Program-made: the position numbers and the translations under genes
Shown: positions 48,550-59,023 of the stretch, piece by piece
Layout of the letters: every line of letters starts with the position of its first letter
Numbering within the stretch: position 1 is the first letter of the stretch
Origin: an uncultured Bacilli bacterium
Lineage (GTDB): Bacteria > Bacillota_I > Bacilli_A > RF39 > UBA660
Reading direction: 5' to 3'
NCBI GenBank assembly: GCA_947625535.1
Contig: CANQOR010000004.1
Span: forward strand, 307-64,306
DNA: 64,000 nucleotides
The notes under the pieces: model-generated
Database searches by the model: none
What the model saw: the letters and a program-made list of their open reading frames with translations, nothing else
What the model was told of the DNA's origin: nothing

Positions 48550-48747
48550 ATGTATTATAACAATTATATAAGAGATGGCCGTATTGCAGGTGGTGGCTTT
48601 GTCTTACCATTTATAACTGGTGCTTTAGTAGGTGGAGCAGCCGTAGGAGTAAGTCGTCCAAGACCAATTATATCTACACCTGGACCATATCCATATGGTC
48701 CATATAACTATAATCCTTACTATGGACCTAGACCATTCTATTATTAG
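48550..48747 (+). CDS. Small Gly/Pro/Tyr-rich protein (65 aa)
   Basis: Strong SD gaaaggag. One hydrophobic G/A-rich segment, then a PGPYPYGPYNYNPYYGPRPFYY tail. Confidence 0.55.
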   Translation: MYYNNYIRDGRIAGGGFVLPFITGALVGGAAVGVSRPRPIISTPGPYPYGPYNYNPYYGPRPFYY

Positions 48748-49789
48748 GATGTAAATTTAAATTAATTGATATACCAATCAAAGCATCCAAAGTAACTAAA
48801 TAAGAACCACCATAACTTAAAAAAGGTAAAGGAATTCCAATAATAGGTAATAAAGATAAATTCATTAAAATATTATAAAATACCTGAAATAATAACATAT
48901 TTAATATCATAAAATTAAAAATATTAGATATGTTTTTTTTCTTTGTCATATTACTAATATAATAAATAAATATTCCTAAATAACAACTAAGTATGATAAT
49001 AAAAACTAATATATTATATTTACTAACTATTGCTGCAAATATAAAATCATTATGATTTTCTGGTATATATAAAAGTTTATGAGCTCCAATAGATATCATA
49101 GAATTAACATTTTGAATATTATCTTGTTCTTTAAAAGAAATAATTCTATCTATACGATAAAATAAACTAGTTCCATAAATATCTATTAAAATATCTTGTT
49201 TATAAAAATATAAATAAACATTAAAAGAAATAAACAATATTATAAAAATACTACCTATAGTAACTAAAAACTTATTAATCTTAATATACTTTAAACTAGA
49301 TAAAAAAATAATTAAATATATAATAATAGCTCCTGTATCAGGTTCTAAAAAAGTTAATATAGAAGGTATAATAACAATTAATAATATATAAAAAATATTC
49401 TTTTTTTTAACTACTAAATAAGTAATATATATTACTAAACATAATTTAGCTATTTCACTAGGTTGAATAGAAAACTTATATATATGTAACCAAGCTTTAG
49501 AACCATTAATCTCTCTTCCTACAAATAAAACTAATAACAAAAGTAAATTAGCTATTATATATAAATATTTACTATACTTATTTAAAAACTTATAATTAAC
49601 TTTACTTAAGATAATAAGTATTATAAAACTAACTACTATATAACATAATTGTTTATAAAAATATTCAGTACTATATAAATATAATAAACTAATTATATTA
49701 AGTATTATAATTGGAATAATTATTATATATTTATTATTTAATATTGTTTTCATATTATTATATTTGTCAAAAACAAGTAATTTATACAT
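48728..49789 (-). CDS. SEDS family protein (FtsW/RodA/SpoVE)
   Basis: Multi-TM with C-terminal GIPLPFLSYGGS motif. Confidence 0.85.
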   Translation of the reverse strand: MYKLLVFDKYNNMKTILNNKYIIIIPIIILNIISLLYLYSTEYFYKQLCYIVVSFIILIILSKVNYKFLNKYSKYLYIIANLLLLLVLFVGREINGSKAWLHIYKFSIQPSEIAKLCLVIYITYLVVKKKNIFYILLIVIIPSILTFLEPDTGAIIIYLIIFLSSLKYIKINKFLVTIGSIFIILFISFNVYLYFYKQDILIDIYGTSLFYRIDRIISFKEQDNIQNVNSMISIGAHKLLYIPENHNDFIFAAIVSKYNILVFIIILSCYLGIFIYYISNMTKKKNISNIFNFMILNMLLFQVFYNILMNLSLLPIIGIPLPFLSYGGSYLVTLDALIGISINLNLHPNNRMV

Positions 49790-49811
49790 ATATTAAAGTA
49801 GGAGGAATATT

Positions 49812-50090
49812 ATGAAATTGCCAAGTGTTTATGCTAATAAAATAAATAAAAATATCAATAATAATACTGATTATTATCATGGAGAAAGAAGCCCTAAAAA
49901 AGACTTAGATACTTTAAAAAAACATTTTGATAAAAATGGTTATACTAATCGCTTAGCAGTTACAATAACTACCAAAGACGGAACTACTAATGAAAAATTA
50001 GTCTTATTAAAAACAGATCACTTTATAACTATTAATAATAAAAATATTTATTTTAAAGATATTATTGATTATGAAATAAAGGATAATTAA
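49812..50090 (+). CDS. Hypothetical protein (92 aa)
   Basis: SD aggagg. No recognisable motif. Confidence 0.5.
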   Translation: MKLPSVYANKINKNINNNTDYYHGERSPKKDLDTLKKHFDKNGYTNRLAVTITTKDGTTNEKLVLLKTDHFITINNKNIYFKDIIDYEIKDN

Positions 50091-50230
50091 ATACTAAATA
50101 TAATATATAAAGTGAAAGGAGGACTATATAAAACAATTTTAATATATTTTAAAAAATATAAAATAAACATGTTATTTGACAACCTATATTAAAAATGTTT
50201 TATATACAAAAAAGAAGGGCAACCTTCTTT

Positions 50231-51130
50231 TTATAGTTTTATATTAATATCTTCTTCATCTAAAGGTAAACTACTTTGATAACTATCTGTCTTTGTAAAT
50301 AGATATTTAATCTTATTTCTTAACTTATTTCTTTCTATTTTAATTCTTTCCATTGGTGTTATTACTGGTACATTAGCTCCTATCTTAAAATCTAATTTAT
50401 TACTAAGAATCCTCTCATAATAATCTTTACCAGTAATAGGAGAAATATATTCTTTACCAAGACTTTCTTTATCTTTATATTCTTCTTTCTTTTTTAAATA
50501 AAAATAATAACTATCAAAATATCTCTTTAAATTTTCACTAGTTACTTCAAAATATCCATATTTAATTATTTCTTCTGCTAAAGAAATCCCACTATTATCT
50601 AGTTTCATAAAATAACCTGGATGTGGAGTAGCTCTTCTAACACTATATCTTTCTTCTTCAAAATATCTTTCAAATCTATTTTCTTCTTTTAAACAAAATT
50701 GTCTAAAAGTAGGATCTAGAACATAAGCTTTACTAACTATTTGACCATCTACCATCGTTGGTATCCATACCATACATAATTGATGAATATTTTCTGTTCC
50801 CATGATATCTCCAACATTAAATAACATTACTTGAAATCCCATCTTAGTTAATAATTCATAATTAATACTAGCAGCCGGGGAACATTTAGTTTTATAATCT
50901 GCTGTTAATGGATCTTCTAAAGGATTTAAAACAGAAGACCTTGTATAATATGTTATATAATTTAAAAATAAATTAATATACTTACTAGGTAAATATTTAT
51001 TCTTTTTATAAAACCCTTCTAACGCAGCTATATCTCTAATATCTATATCTTCATTAAATATCTCTGTATCAAAAATAAACTCTGGTTCTTTATCACTTTT
51101 AAACTTACTATCTATTTCTTTATATAACAT
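50231..51130 (-). CDS. Hypothetical protein with possible transglutaminase-like Cys-His-Asp core
   Basis: KCSPAAS ... IHQLCMVWIP ... VLDPTF spacing resembles the TGase-like/papain-like C, H, D order. Start at 51130 (SD aggtag) preferred over 51151. Confidence 0.45.
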   Translation of the reverse strand: MLYKEIDSKFKSDKEPEFIFDTEIFNEDIDIRDIAALEGFYKKNKYLPSKYINLFLNYITYYTRSSVLNPLEDPLTADYKTKCSPAASINYELLTKMGFQVMLFNVGDIMGTENIHQLCMVWIPTMVDGQIVSKAYVLDPTFRQFCLKEENRFERYFEEERYSVRRATPHPGYFMKLDNSGISLAEEIIKYGYFEVTSENLKRYFDSYYFYLKKKEEYKDKESLGKEYISPITGKDYYERILSNKLDFKIGANVPVITPMERIKIERNKLRNKIKYLFTKTDSYQSSLPLDEEDINIKL

Positions 51131-51164
51131 AATATCACTACCTAAAAACATTATAACATAATCC

Positions 51165-51220
51165 TTGACTTCATATATTATTTATCATACAATATTAATA
51201 CATGAACACATATTCATATA
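51165..51220 (+). promoter_or_regulatory. Promoter plus ArsR/SmtB-type operator dyad
   Basis: -35 TTGACT 51165-51170, 17-nt spacer, -10 TACAAT 51188-51193. Inverted repeat TACATGAA-N6-TTCATATA at 51199-51220. Confidence 0.5.
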
Positions 51221-51233
51221 AAGGAGCGATATT

Positions 51234-51527
51234 ATGGAACTATTAAATGAAGATAAAGTAATTGATTTATCTGAATTATTTAAAATATTTGGTGATTCAA
51301 CAAGAGTTAAAATAATTAATGTTTTAATAAATAAAGAATTATGTGTTAATGATATAGCTGAAGAAATAAATGTTTCTCAATCAGCTGTTTCTCATCAACT
51401 ACGTATCTTAAAACAATCTAAATTAGTTAAATATCGTAAAGATGGTCAAACTATATATTACTCATTAGCTGATAATCATGTTGAAAAAATATTTATGATG
51501 GGAGTTGACCATATTAATGAAATATAA
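51234..51527 (+). CDS. ArsR/SmtB family metalloregulator (CadC-like)
   Basis: ELCVNDIAEEINVSQSAVSHQLRILK HTH, with Cys just before the recognition helix. Confidence 0.85.
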   Translation: MELLNEDKVIDLSELFKIFGDSTRVKIINVLINKELCVNDIAEEINVSQSAVSHQLRILKQSKLVKYRKDGQTIYYSLADNHVEKIFMMGVDHINEI

Positions 51528-53559
51528 GTATAAATTACAAAACTTAGATTGTGCTAATTGTGCTCGTAGAATAGAAGAACATTTACAAAAAGACAATAAA
51601 TTAAATAATGTCGTAGTTAACTTTTCTAAATTAACTTTATCTTTTACTTCTAATGAAGATAATCTAAAAAACTATGTTATTAAAAAAATAAAAGAAGTAG
51701 AACCAGAAGTTACTTTATTAGAAGAAGATAACGAAGTAAAAGAATCAATAACTTTTGATATTCTTAAATTACTCTTAGCTATTATTATAACTATTATAGC
51801 TATCCTTATAAAAATACCATCTATCAAAACAATTCTTTTCATCATAGCTTATTTTATTTTGTTATATGAAATAGCTATTAAAGCTTTAAAATTACTTATT
51901 AAATCATTTACTATTGATGAAAACTTACTAATTACTATATCTTGTATTGGTGCTTACTTAACAGATAATATCGTTGAAGGTTTAATGGTAGTCATACTAT
52001 ATAATATCGGAGAAATATTAGAAGATATAGCTGTTAATCATTCACGTAAATCAATAGCATCTCTAATGGATATAAAACCTGAATATGCTAATTTAAAAAC
52101 TAAAGATGAAATAATAAAAACAAGTCCTAATAATATAAAAACAAATGATATAATCATTGTTAAAAAAGGGGAAAGAATACCTTTAGATGGTCTTATTATT
52201 AAAGGTCATACTAAACTTAATACAGTTGCTTTAACAGGTGAAACTAAATTACGTGAAGTAACTATAAATGATGAAGTACTAAGTGGTTGTATTAATACCG
52301 AAGACCTTATTGAAATAAAAGTAACTAAAAACTATGAAAATAGTACTGTAAGTCGTATTTTAGATTTAGTTGAAAATGCTACTGATCGTAAAGCTAAAAC
52401 AGAAAACTTTGTTTCTAAAATGGCTAAAATATATACACCCATAGTTATCTTACTAGCACTATTAGTAGCATTAACATTCCCATATCTTTTACATATTACT
52501 TATAATGAATCTATCTATCGTGCTTTATCTTTCTTAGTTATTTCTTGCCCTTGTGCCATAGTTATATCTGTTCCTCTAAGTTATTTTACTGGTATTGGAG
52601 CTTCATCTAAAGAAGGAATCTTAATAAAAGGTAGTGATTACTTAGATAGTTTAAAAGATGTTAATAAAATAATCTTTGATAAAACAGGAACTCTAACTAC
52701 TGGTAATATTAATTCCTTTACATTAGAAATACTTAATAATAAATATTCTAAAGAAGAAATAATTAATTATTATCTTCAAGGTGAAACTTATTCTAACCAT
52801 CCTTTAGCTAAATCAATAATTAACTATTTTAATAAAAAAATAAATTCTAAGGATGTTAAAGATTTTAAAGAAATAACTGGTAAAGGAATATCTTATACTA
52901 TTAATAATCAAAAAGTCTTAATAGGTAGTTCATCTTTTGTTAAATCATCTTCAATAGATAATTCTATCTATCTTAAAATAGATAATGAAATAATAGCTTA
53001 CTTAAAAAGAGTAGATACTTTAAAACCTCATATTAAAGAAACTCTAACTACCTTAAATGATATGAATATTGATACTTTAATCTTTACTGGTGATAGTAAA
53101 GAAGAATCTATAGCTTTAGCTTCTAAATTAAATATTACTAAAACAGAATATGAACTATTACCAGAAGATAAATATCGTTTATTAGAAAAAGAACTTAAAA
53201 ATAATCATGGTAAAGTAGCTTTTGTAGGGGATGGTATTAATGATGCTCCATCTCTAGCTCGTAGTGATATTGGTATATCAATGGGTAATATAGGTAGTGC
53301 TAGTGCTATTGAAGCATCAGATATCGTTATTATAAATGATGATATATCTAAAATAATAACTGCTATTAAAATATCTAAAAAAACTAATCGTATCATAAAA
53401 GAAAACTTAATCTTTGCCATCTTAATTAAAATACTTGTTCTTATCTTAGCATCTTTAGGTCTTTCATCTATGTGGCATGCTGTATTTGCTGATACTGGTG
53501 TTACTTTATTAACAATTATTAATACAACCAGAATCTTAAAAAACAAAAAACTTGGTTAA
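51517..53559 (+). CDS. Heavy-metal P1B-type ATPase (CadA/ZntA-like)
   Basis: N-terminal HMA CANC, CPC in TM6 (SCPCAIV), DKTGTLT, GDGINDAP. ATG at 51517 overlaps the arsR-like stop. Confidence 0.9.
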   Translation: MKYKYKLQNLDCANCARRIEEHLQKDNKLNNVVVNFSKLTLSFTSNEDNLKNYVIKKIKEVEPEVTLLEEDNEVKESITFDILKLLLAIIITIIAILIKIPSIKTILFIIAYFILLYEIAIKALKLLIKSFTIDENLLITISCIGAYLTDNIVEGLMVVILYNIGEILEDIAVNHSRKSIASLMDIKPEYANLKTKDEIIKTSPNNIKTNDIIIVKKGERIPLDGLIIKGHTKLNTVALTGETKLREVTINDEVLSGCINTEDLIEIKVTKNYENSTVSRILDLVENATDRKAKTENFVSKMAKIYTPIVILLALLVALTFPYLLHITYNESIYRALSFLVISCPCAIVISVPLSYFTGIGASSKEGILIKGSDYLDSLKDVNKIIFDKTGTLTTGNINSFTLEILNNKYSKEEIINYYLQGETYSNHPLAKSIINYFNKKINSKDVKDFKEITGKGISYTINNQKVLIGSSSFVKSSSIDNSIYLKIDNEIIAYLKRVDTLKPHIKETLTTLNDMNIDTLIFTGDSKEESIALASKLNITKTEYELLPEDKYRLLEKELKNNHGKVAFVGDGINDAPSLARSDIGISMGNIGSASAIEASDIVIINDDISKIITAIKISKKTNRIIKENLIFAILIKILVLILASLGLSSMWHAVFADTGVTLLTIINTTRILKNKKLG

Positions 53560-53572
53560 AACCAAGTTTTAT
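53545..53572. terminator. Bidirectional terminator between the ATPase and DUF1653 genes
   Basis: aacttggtt / aaccaagtt dyad flanked by an A-run and a T-run. Confidence 0.6.
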
Positions 53573-53829
53573 TTCTTAAAATTACCTTTAACACTAGCAA
53601 TATCTTGTAATTCAAATCTCTTCTTTTGTTTAACATTAGGATACTTATCTTTATCTACATCACTTAAAAATTCATCTAACTTCCTAATATATAAACAACA
53701 ATCTTCATATAATTTACGATAAACAACATACTTAGTAACATTATCTTCACTACTAATAGCAACATCTTCTACCAAGTAATAGTCCCCTTTAAAATGTTTA
53801 TAAATACCTTTAATTTTTATTTCATCCAT
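53569..53829 (-). CDS. DUF1653 family protein
   Basis: YKHFKGDYYLVEDVA...VVYRKLYED pattern. ATG at 53829 behind gggagga. Confidence 0.75.
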   Translation of the reverse strand: MDEIKIKGIYKHFKGDYYLVEDVAISSEDNVTKYVVYRKLYEDCCLYIRKLDEFLSDVDKDKYPNVKQKKRFELQDIASVKGNFKK

Positions 53830-53966
53830 AAATAATCCTCCCATAGTTATAATTTGTCTAACTATGTCAATATTATATCATATAAATAAATACTATAGCT
53901 TTTGAAACATTGTAAAAACCCACTTTTTATGCTATATTTTACTTAAATAATAGAAGGGATCTTATT

Positions 53967-55103
53967 ATGAAAAAACATAAAAGAAAACTAAAAAAACTTC
54001 CAGTATTAATCATATCTTTACTTATAATAATTCTTATTATATGTTTTATCTTCTTTAATAAAAAAGATTCTCTTATTAAAGTTGAATATGATAATAATAT
54101 AGAAATAGATATAAATAAAGAAGTATATAATACTGACTATATTCATAAAATATCTAATGGTACTTTAAAAACATCTAAACAACAAATAGATACTTCTAAA
54201 TTAGGACATCAAATAATAGAATTTATTATTATAGATGACAATAATAAAGAACATACTTATTCTTATGAAATTAATATCGTCGATAAAGAAAAACCTATTA
54301 TAAACTATACTAAGTCTTTAGAAACTAAAGAAGGTACTAAAATAGATTTATTAAAAGATGTTACTGTAACAGATAATTCTAAAGAAGAAATAATACCTAC
54401 TATAGAAGGTGAATATAATATAAATGTTCCTGGTACTTATACATTAACTTACATAGCTAAAGACTCTAGTAATAATGAAACTAAAGAAGAATTTACTTTA
54501 AAAGTAAATCCTATCTCTTCAAATCCTTCTAATCCAGATCAAACATTTACGACATCTAAAGGTTTTAAAGGTGTTATAAAAAATGGTATTACATATATAG
54601 ATGGTTACTTAGTTGTTAATAAAACATATTCCCTACCTAAAGATTATGCTCCTGGTTTAGATAAAACTACTAAAGAAGCCTTTGATAAAATGAATGCTGC
54701 TGCTAAATTAGAAGGTTTAAATATTTGGTTACAAAGTGGTTTCCGTTCTTATGATACTCAAAAAAGAATATATAATAGCTATGTTAGCCAAGATGGACAA
54801 AAAAATGCTGATACTTATTCAGCACGTCCTGGTCATTCCGAACATCAATCTGGTTTAGCTTTTGATGTTAACCAAATAAATGATTCCTTTATTGGTACTC
54901 CAGAAGCTATTTGGCTAGAAAATAACTGTTATAAATATGGTTTTATCTTAAGATATCCTAAAGGTAAAGAAAATATAACTGGTTATCAATATGAATCATG
55001 GCATTTTAGATATGTAGGTAAAGAACTAGCTACTAAACTATATAATAACGGTAATTGGATAACTATGGAAGAATACTTTGGTATAACTAGTGAATACCAA
55101 TAA
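53967..55103 (+). CDS. Membrane-anchored M15B (VanY-type) D-Ala-D-Ala carboxypeptidase with Ig-like N-domains
   Basis: SGFRSYDTQ, RPGHSEHQSGLAFD and ESWHFRYVG zinc-site motifs. Confidence 0.85.
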   Translation: MKKHKRKLKKLPVLIISLLIIILIICFIFFNKKDSLIKVEYDNNIEIDINKEVYNTDYIHKISNGTLKTSKQQIDTSKLGHQIIEFIIIDDNNKEHTYSYEINIVDKEKPIINYTKSLETKEGTKIDLLKDVTVTDNSKEEIIPTIEGEYNINVPGTYTLTYIAKDSSNNETKEEFTLKVNPISSNPSNPDQTFTTSKGFKGVIKNGITYIDGYLVVNKTYSLPKDYAPGLDKTTKEAFDKMNAAAKLEGLNIWLQSGFRSYDTQKRIYNSYVSQDGQKNADTYSARPGHSEHQSGLAFDVNQINDSFIGTPEAIWLENNCYKYGFILRYPKGKENITGYQYESWHFRYVGKELATKLYNNGNWITMEEYFGITSEYQ

Positions 55104-55170
55104 TTAAGCAAAATTTGACATAAACCTCTCTTCTAATGTAAAATGTTTGACAAGAAGAGGGGTTTTTATA

Positions 55171-56124
55171 ATGACTTATCAAGAAATTAATGAATTTCTA
55201 AGTCACTTTAATTCTAATTCATATAATAAAAAACAAATAGGTAATAGTAAAAATACTATCTATAATATATATGAATACTTAAAAAAATTAAATATACCAG
55301 AAAATATAGTTACTACTATAATAAATAATATAGCTTATTTAAATAAAGATAATATCAATTTACCTTTATACTTAGAAATACTAACTAAATCATTAGGATA
55401 CATAAATGATTATGAACTTAAAGAAATAATTCAAATAACTAAAGAAATCCATAACATTTATTATCATGAATCTAAAGAAATATCTTTAGATTCATATATC
55501 CATGAAACAAAAGAAAATAGAATTAAAAAGATATTCTTAAATAGAAATAATCATTACTTAAAAAAGGACTTTACTGACTTAGAAAATTATATCGATGAAC
55601 TTAAATTTGCTGCTGCCCTTACATTAGATAGTAAATGCTATAAAGAATTTATGGGTTATATAGATAACTTTGAAACATTTAAAGATAGTTATTCACCATT
55701 AATTAATATTAGAACATATATTAAAATAAGAAAAAATATCAAAGGATTATCTAAACTATTTTGGGATATTGTCTTTGGTAATGAATACCTAGTTGCTTTT
55801 AGTAAACATGATCTAAAATTAAATGATATATATAAAGAAAACTTCTTACCAACTAAAGAAGAACACGAATTTGATAATGAAGATACTTTACAACTGGATA
55901 TCTTTAATTTTGAAGAGTATGAAGAAAGTACTAAATTTACTTTACCAAATGATTTTAAAGAATTTCAAATTGCTACTATATATAATGAAGTTTCTATACC
56001 TAACTTTAATACGGAAAAAGATTTATTAGCTTACTATAATAACTTATTAAAGAAAAAAGAAACTATTATATTACCTAAATTAAAAAATAAATCGCAAACA
56101 AGTTATATCTTTGAGATTAATTAA
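55171..56124 (+). CDS. Hypothetical protein
   Basis: ATG at 55171 behind agagggg. No recognisable motif. Confidence 0.5.
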   Translation: MTYQEINEFLSHFNSNSYNKKQIGNSKNTIYNIYEYLKKLNIPENIVTTIINNIAYLNKDNINLPLYLEILTKSLGYINDYELKEIIQITKEIHNIYYHESKEISLDSYIHETKENRIKKIFLNRNNHYLKKDFTDLENYIDELKFAAALTLDSKCYKEFMGYIDNFETFKDSYSPLINIRTYIKIRKNIKGLSKLFWDIVFGNEYLVAFSKHDLKLNDIYKENFLPTKEEHEFDNEDTLQLDIFNFEEYEESTKFTLPNDFKEFQIATIYNEVSIPNFNTEKDLLAYYNNLLKKKETIILPKLKNKSQTSYIFEIN

Positions 56125-56183
56125 GGGAAAGACAATAGTCTTTTCTTTTTATTTGTGATAAAATAACATTAGGATGTGTTAGT

Positions 56184-56594
56184 ATGAATCAAGAATTAAT
56201 TAATAAACTAATTGATATAGCTAAAGAGATGTCTCAGAAAAATTTTTGCTGTCAACATTCTAAATTTACTGTTGGAACAGCTTTATTAACTGAATCAGGC
56301 AATATATATGGTGGCTTTAATATTGAAAATGATGGTATTCAATCTATATGTGGTGAAAGATCAGCTTTTGTTAAAGCATTAACAGCTGGTGAAAAAAAAT
56401 TTAAAGCCATTGTTGTAGTTGGTAAAAATTTAAGTGATCCAAAGTTTACTAAAACATTACCTTGTGGTTACTGCCGTCAATTTATGAGTGAGTATGCTCA
56501 TCCTGATTTCATTATCTATGCTTATGACGAAATAGAAAATAAAATATATACATATACTTTAAAAGAACTATTACCAGAAAGTTTTAAATTATAG
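56184..56594 (+). CDS. cdd: Cytidine deaminase
   Basis: CGERSA (CAE-type) and PCGYCRQ zinc motifs, 136 aa. Confidence 0.9.
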   Translation: MNQELINKLIDIAKEMSQKNFCCQHSKFTVGTALLTESGNIYGGFNIENDGIQSICGERSAFVKALTAGEKKFKAIVVVGKNLSDPKFTKTLPCGYCRQFMSEYAHPDFIIYAYDEIENKIYTYTLKELLPESFKL

Positions 56595-56604
56595 GAGGTT
56601 TATT

Positions 56605-57366
56605 ATGGAAAAAACAGAAACAATGTATCATATTGGTTTAAAAAAAGAAGACTTACAAGGTGCTAAGTATGCTATTTTACCAGGAGATCCTGGACGTGTT
56701 CCTAAAATAGCTATGAAACTTAATAATCCTATTAAATTAGGTGTTAATCGTGAATATACTTCTTTTTTAGGAGAAATAGCTAATGAAAAAGTTTTAGTTA
56801 TCTCTACTGGTATGGGTGGTCCTTCAACAGCTATTTGTGTTGAAGAACTAGCCGAACTTGGTATAAAAAAGTTAATTCGTGTTGGAACAAGTGGGGGAAT
56901 GCAATTAAATGTTAATGCTGGAGATATTGTAATCGCTCAAGCAGCTATTAGACAAGAAGGAACTAGTAAAGAATATGTTCCTATTGAATATCCGGCTGTA
57001 GCTGATTTAGAACTAACTAATGCTTTAGTCGAAGCTTCTAAAGAACTAGGTTATACTTATCATACTGGAGTAGTTCAATGCAAAGATTCCTTTTATGGTC
57101 AACATGATCCTGAAAAAATGCCTGTTGGTTATGAACTACTAAATAAATGGGATGCTTGGATTAAAGCTGGTGCTCTATGTAGTGAAATGGAAACAGCTTC
57201 CTTATATATTGTTTCAAGTGTTTTAAGATTACAAGCTTCTGCTGTCTTATTAGTAGTATGGAATCAAGAAAAAGAAAAAAGAGGATTATCTAACGATACA
57301 AGTTTTGATGTTGATAAAGAAATTAATGTTGCTATTAAAGCAATAGAACTTTTAATAAAAGGTTAA
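56605..57366 (+). CDS. udp: Uridine phosphorylase
   Basis: Collinear with E. coli Udp as recalled (HLGL.K.DLQGA..AI.PGDP.RV, STGMGGPS, EMETA). 253 aa. Confidence 0.85.
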   Translation: MEKTETMYHIGLKKEDLQGAKYAILPGDPGRVPKIAMKLNNPIKLGVNREYTSFLGEIANEKVLVISTGMGGPSTAICVEELAELGIKKLIRVGTSGGMQLNVNAGDIVIAQAAIRQEGTSKEYVPIEYPAVADLELTNALVEASKELGYTYHTGVVQCKDSFYGQHDPEKMPVGYELLNKWDAWIKAGALCSEMETASLYIVSSVLRLQASAVLLVVWNQEKEKRGLSNDTSFDVDKEINVAIKAIELLIKG

Positions 57367-57368
57367 TT

Positions 57369-57896
57369 ATGAATAAAATAACTAAACATATAAAAAATAA
57401 CTTTGCTATATATTTAATAATCATTGCTTGTATTGTTATAGTAGCTATTACTATATATGTAAATCGCCATCCTAAACCTACTAAAGTAGATACTAAATAC
57501 TATGATGTAGTAGATATAAATAGAGCTTTAACTTTATTTAATGATGATACTCCAAAACTATTAATAATTAGTACTGATGATTGTAGTGCTACTGCTGAAT
57601 ATACTAAAACTTTAAATTATGCTATGATTCAATATGATTTTAAAGTATATTATTTAAGTCTTACTAATATCGATAAATCTTCACCTAAATACCAAGAATT
57701 CATTGCTAAACTAGATATGGATTACTATATGAAAGAAGGAGATATTCATCCTTTTAATTACTTTATTGGTGCTACACCAATGAATGTAATTATCAAAAAT
57801 AAAAAAATGGTTTATGGTTATATAGGTACAATGAGTTTAAGTGCTCTAACTACATTAACTGAAAATTATGGAGTGTCCCATGGCCAAAAGAATTAA
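57369..57896 (+). CDS. Membrane-anchored thioredoxin-fold-like protein (single Cys, CSAT)
   Basis: N-terminal TM. LLIISTDDCSATAEY in the place of a CxxC motif. Confidence 0.45.
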   Translation: MNKITKHIKNNFAIYLIIIACIVIVAITIYVNRHPKPTKVDTKYYDVVDINRALTLFNDDTPKLLIISTDDCSATAEYTKTLNYAMIQYDFKVYYLSLTNIDKSSPKYQEFIAKLDMDYYMKEGDIHPFNYFIGATPMNVIIKNKKMVYGYIGTMSLSALTTLTENYGVSHGQKN

Positions 57897-58308
57897 TGCC
57901 CGAGCTATAATCTTAGATCAAGATGATGTTATCTTAATGTTTCGTCGTAAAATAAATAATAATAAAATAAAAGAATATTATGCAATCCCTGGTGGAGGTA
58001 AAGAAAAAGATGAAACATTAGAAGAATGCGTTATAAGAGAAATAAAAGAAGAATTTAACTTAGATATAAAACCCATTGAACAACTAGGAATAGTTGAAGA
58101 TGAAAATAATATTGGTTATATCTATAGTACCGAAATCCTTGGTGGAAACCTACAACTAGGTGGAGAAGAAAAAGAAGGTAATAAAGAAGATAATTACTAT
58201 GAAATAAGAAAAATAAAAATAAATGATATCGATAAATATGATATTTTAGAAGAAAATAAAAAATTCATTAGATTAGCTAATGAAAAAAGAAAGAAGGAAT
58301 ATAAATGA
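57880..58308 (+). CDS. Nudix hydrolase
   Basis: GGGKEKDETLEECVIREIKEEFNL Nudix box. ATG at 57880 (SD ggag) preferred over 57868. Confidence 0.85.
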   Translation: MAKRINARAIILDQDDVILMFRRKINNNKIKEYYAIPGGGKEKDETLEECVIREIKEEFNLDIKPIEQLGIVEDENNIGYIYSTEILGGNLQLGGEEKEGNKEDNYYEIRKIKINDIDKYDILEENKKFIRLANEKRKKEYK

Positions 58309-58955
58309 AAAATGAAATAATATCACAAACATTTACTTGGTTATTTATTGGTTTATTAATTTGTTTTGGTGTATCATATGTAACTAGTATAAATGATGCA
58401 ATCTTAACTACAGTATATGGTGCTTTTGGAGGATATGGCTACTTAATATATGTTATCTTAGAATTAGTAGTAGCATTTGTCTTAATCCTAAGAGTAAGAA
58501 AACTAAATCCTACTACAGCTAAAATACTTTATCTATTATATACAGCCTTAACAGGTTTAAGTTTAACTGGAATATTTATTGTCTATACTGAATCTTCAAT
58601 AGCATTTGTCTTCTTAGCAACAGCTATTATCTTTGGTATCTTTGCTTTAATAGGTAAAACCACTAAAATGGATTTAACTAAATGGAGTACATACTTATTT
58701 GTAGCTTTATTAGCAATAATTATCTTAGAATTAATTAATATCTTTATTGCTAATAATACATTAAATATGGTTTTATGTATTGCATCTATCTTAATCTTCT
58801 GTGCTTATACTGCTTATGACATGCAATTAATGACTAATAAAGGTTTCTTATCTGATACAGAAAATAAAAGTATCTATTGTGCTTTTCAATTATTCTTAGA
58901 CTTTATTAATATCTTCATAAGATTATTAGAATTATTTGGAAAACGTCGTGACTAA
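58305..58955 (+). CDS. Bax inhibitor-1 / YccA family membrane protein
   Basis: Seven TM segments. C-terminal LFLDFINIFIRLLELFG motif. Confidence 0.85.
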   Translation: MKNEIISQTFTWLFIGLLICFGVSYVTSINDAILTTVYGAFGGYGYLIYVILELVVAFVLILRVRKLNPTTAKILYLLYTALTGLSLTGIFIVYTESSIAFVFLATAIIFGIFALIGKTTKMDLTKWSTYLFVALLAIIILELINIFIANNTLNMVLCIASILIFCAYTAYDMQLMTNKGFLSDTENKSIYCAFQLFLDFINIFIRLLELFGKRRD

Positions 58956-58981
58956 AATACTTCTTTATGAAGTATTTTTTA
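58955..58981 (+). terminator. Terminator after the BI-1 gene
   Basis: aaatacttc / gaagtattt stem plus T-run. Confidence 0.75.
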
Positions 58982-59023
58982 ATTGTAAATAATAATAACA
59001 TATGTTAAAATTACCTATGTAAT

